From NCBI GenBank assembly GCA_905331295.1, contig CAJNYD010000546.1, positions 1-64,000 on the forward strand: a stretch of 64,000 bases of DNA, in the 5' to 3' direction. Origin of the DNA: Rotaria socialis (taxonomy: Eukaryota). The notes beneath the pieces were generated by a model. The model saw only the letters and a list, made by a program, of their open reading frames with translations. It searched no databases and was not told the DNA's origin. Shown here one piece after another: positions 63,128 to 64,000 of the stretch. The number at the start of each line of letters is the position of its first letter. Position 1 is the first letter of the stretch. A program made the position numbers and the translations under genes.

Positions 63128-64000
63128 TCACTAAATTACACCAAATTTCAATAAGCTATAGTTATTTTCTTTTCTAAATTTAAGTGAAATTGTTGATCAA
63201 ATTTACCGTGTTTTGGTTTTAACTGAGCAGTTCAATTTTTCTTTTAAGTAGACTTTTTAAACTAAAATTGCACATGATACACACGTTCATATTCTCTCCA
63301 CATATGGATAGAAAAGATTTAAACATGGAATCGCAATTGATTCATTTAAAACGACCATAGTTTTCGTTTGTTTTTGGTTAGCGAGGAAAGATTTGAAAGA
63401 GAAAGTCTCCCAAAACTAGAGAGAAACAGTTTTGCATTATATTTTTTTCAGAAAAAGATATATTATTAGCTAGAATTTGTAAGGGTTTCTTATTCAATTA
63501 AGAAAATATTTTTTTGCTGTTTTCTTGTAAATAAATATGTGGAAAAAAAGATTAACGAGAAAAAAATTGTTTTTCTAGTCTTAACTTTTTACATTCATAG
63601 CTTCTAATTTCAAAGTTAATGCTCTTGGAAAAATTATTTCATGGTTTTCCTATCACTCATCATCGCTATCGTCACAATTGTTTTGAATGTATATATTGAT
63701 ATGGCGAGCTTTTGCTCTTCCTGGATGCATGAAAAAGTTTTGAACAATATCATCTAAATAAAATAGATCAATATAAAAAATAGTTCGGACTTAAAGAGAA
63801 AATAAATTGATATGAAAGAGAAAATAAATTAATATAAAAGACAAAGTAGTTTGAATCTAAAGACAAAATGGATCAATATAAAAGAGAAAATAAATTGGTA
63901 TAAAGGAGAAACTAGATGATTGCCTTTAGTAGACTTTATTCAGTCTACAAAGTCGCGAAGAAAATTCGCAGGGAGAAAGCTATATAAATGTAGCGAGAGA

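Noticed and set aside
63765..63915. A-rich degenerate tandem repeat (atataaaagagaaaataaatt)
   Set aside because: Low-complexity minisatellite with no evidence of function.

Overview
AT-rich eukaryotic scaffold, most likely from a bdelloid rotifer (Rotaria/Adineta-like). This is an inference from the ~50-60 bp GT-AG introns, F-box/LRR and ankyrin-ART gene types, intronless genes of bacterial/fungal character and TGTGGG-type repeats. It has four zones. (1) 1-13.9 kb is mostly non-autonomous DNA transposons. (2) 13.9-41 kb is a TE-rich accessory zone. It holds a HEPN-TPR-SEL1-MYND gene split by a 10-bp duplication, an aldos-2-ulose dehydratase, FEM1-like, a ubiquitin fused to a KPVIYLY-type domain, a U6 snRNA variant, a bacterial-type zincin, an ankyrin-ADP-ribosyltransferase and a 4TM protein with a bacterial-like STING domain. 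(3) 41-49.5 kb is a compact conserved block: CatSper3-like channel, CFAP298, EVA1-like, ATP23, GPx and Axin. (4) 50-64 kb holds hAT/CMC elements and disrupted genes. The best candidate for a new system is the intronless, co-oriented ANK-ART + TM-STING pair (38336-40882), a putative cyclic-dinucleotide sensor beside an NAD-using effector in an animal genome. All family calls come from motif recognition by eye; no searches were run.
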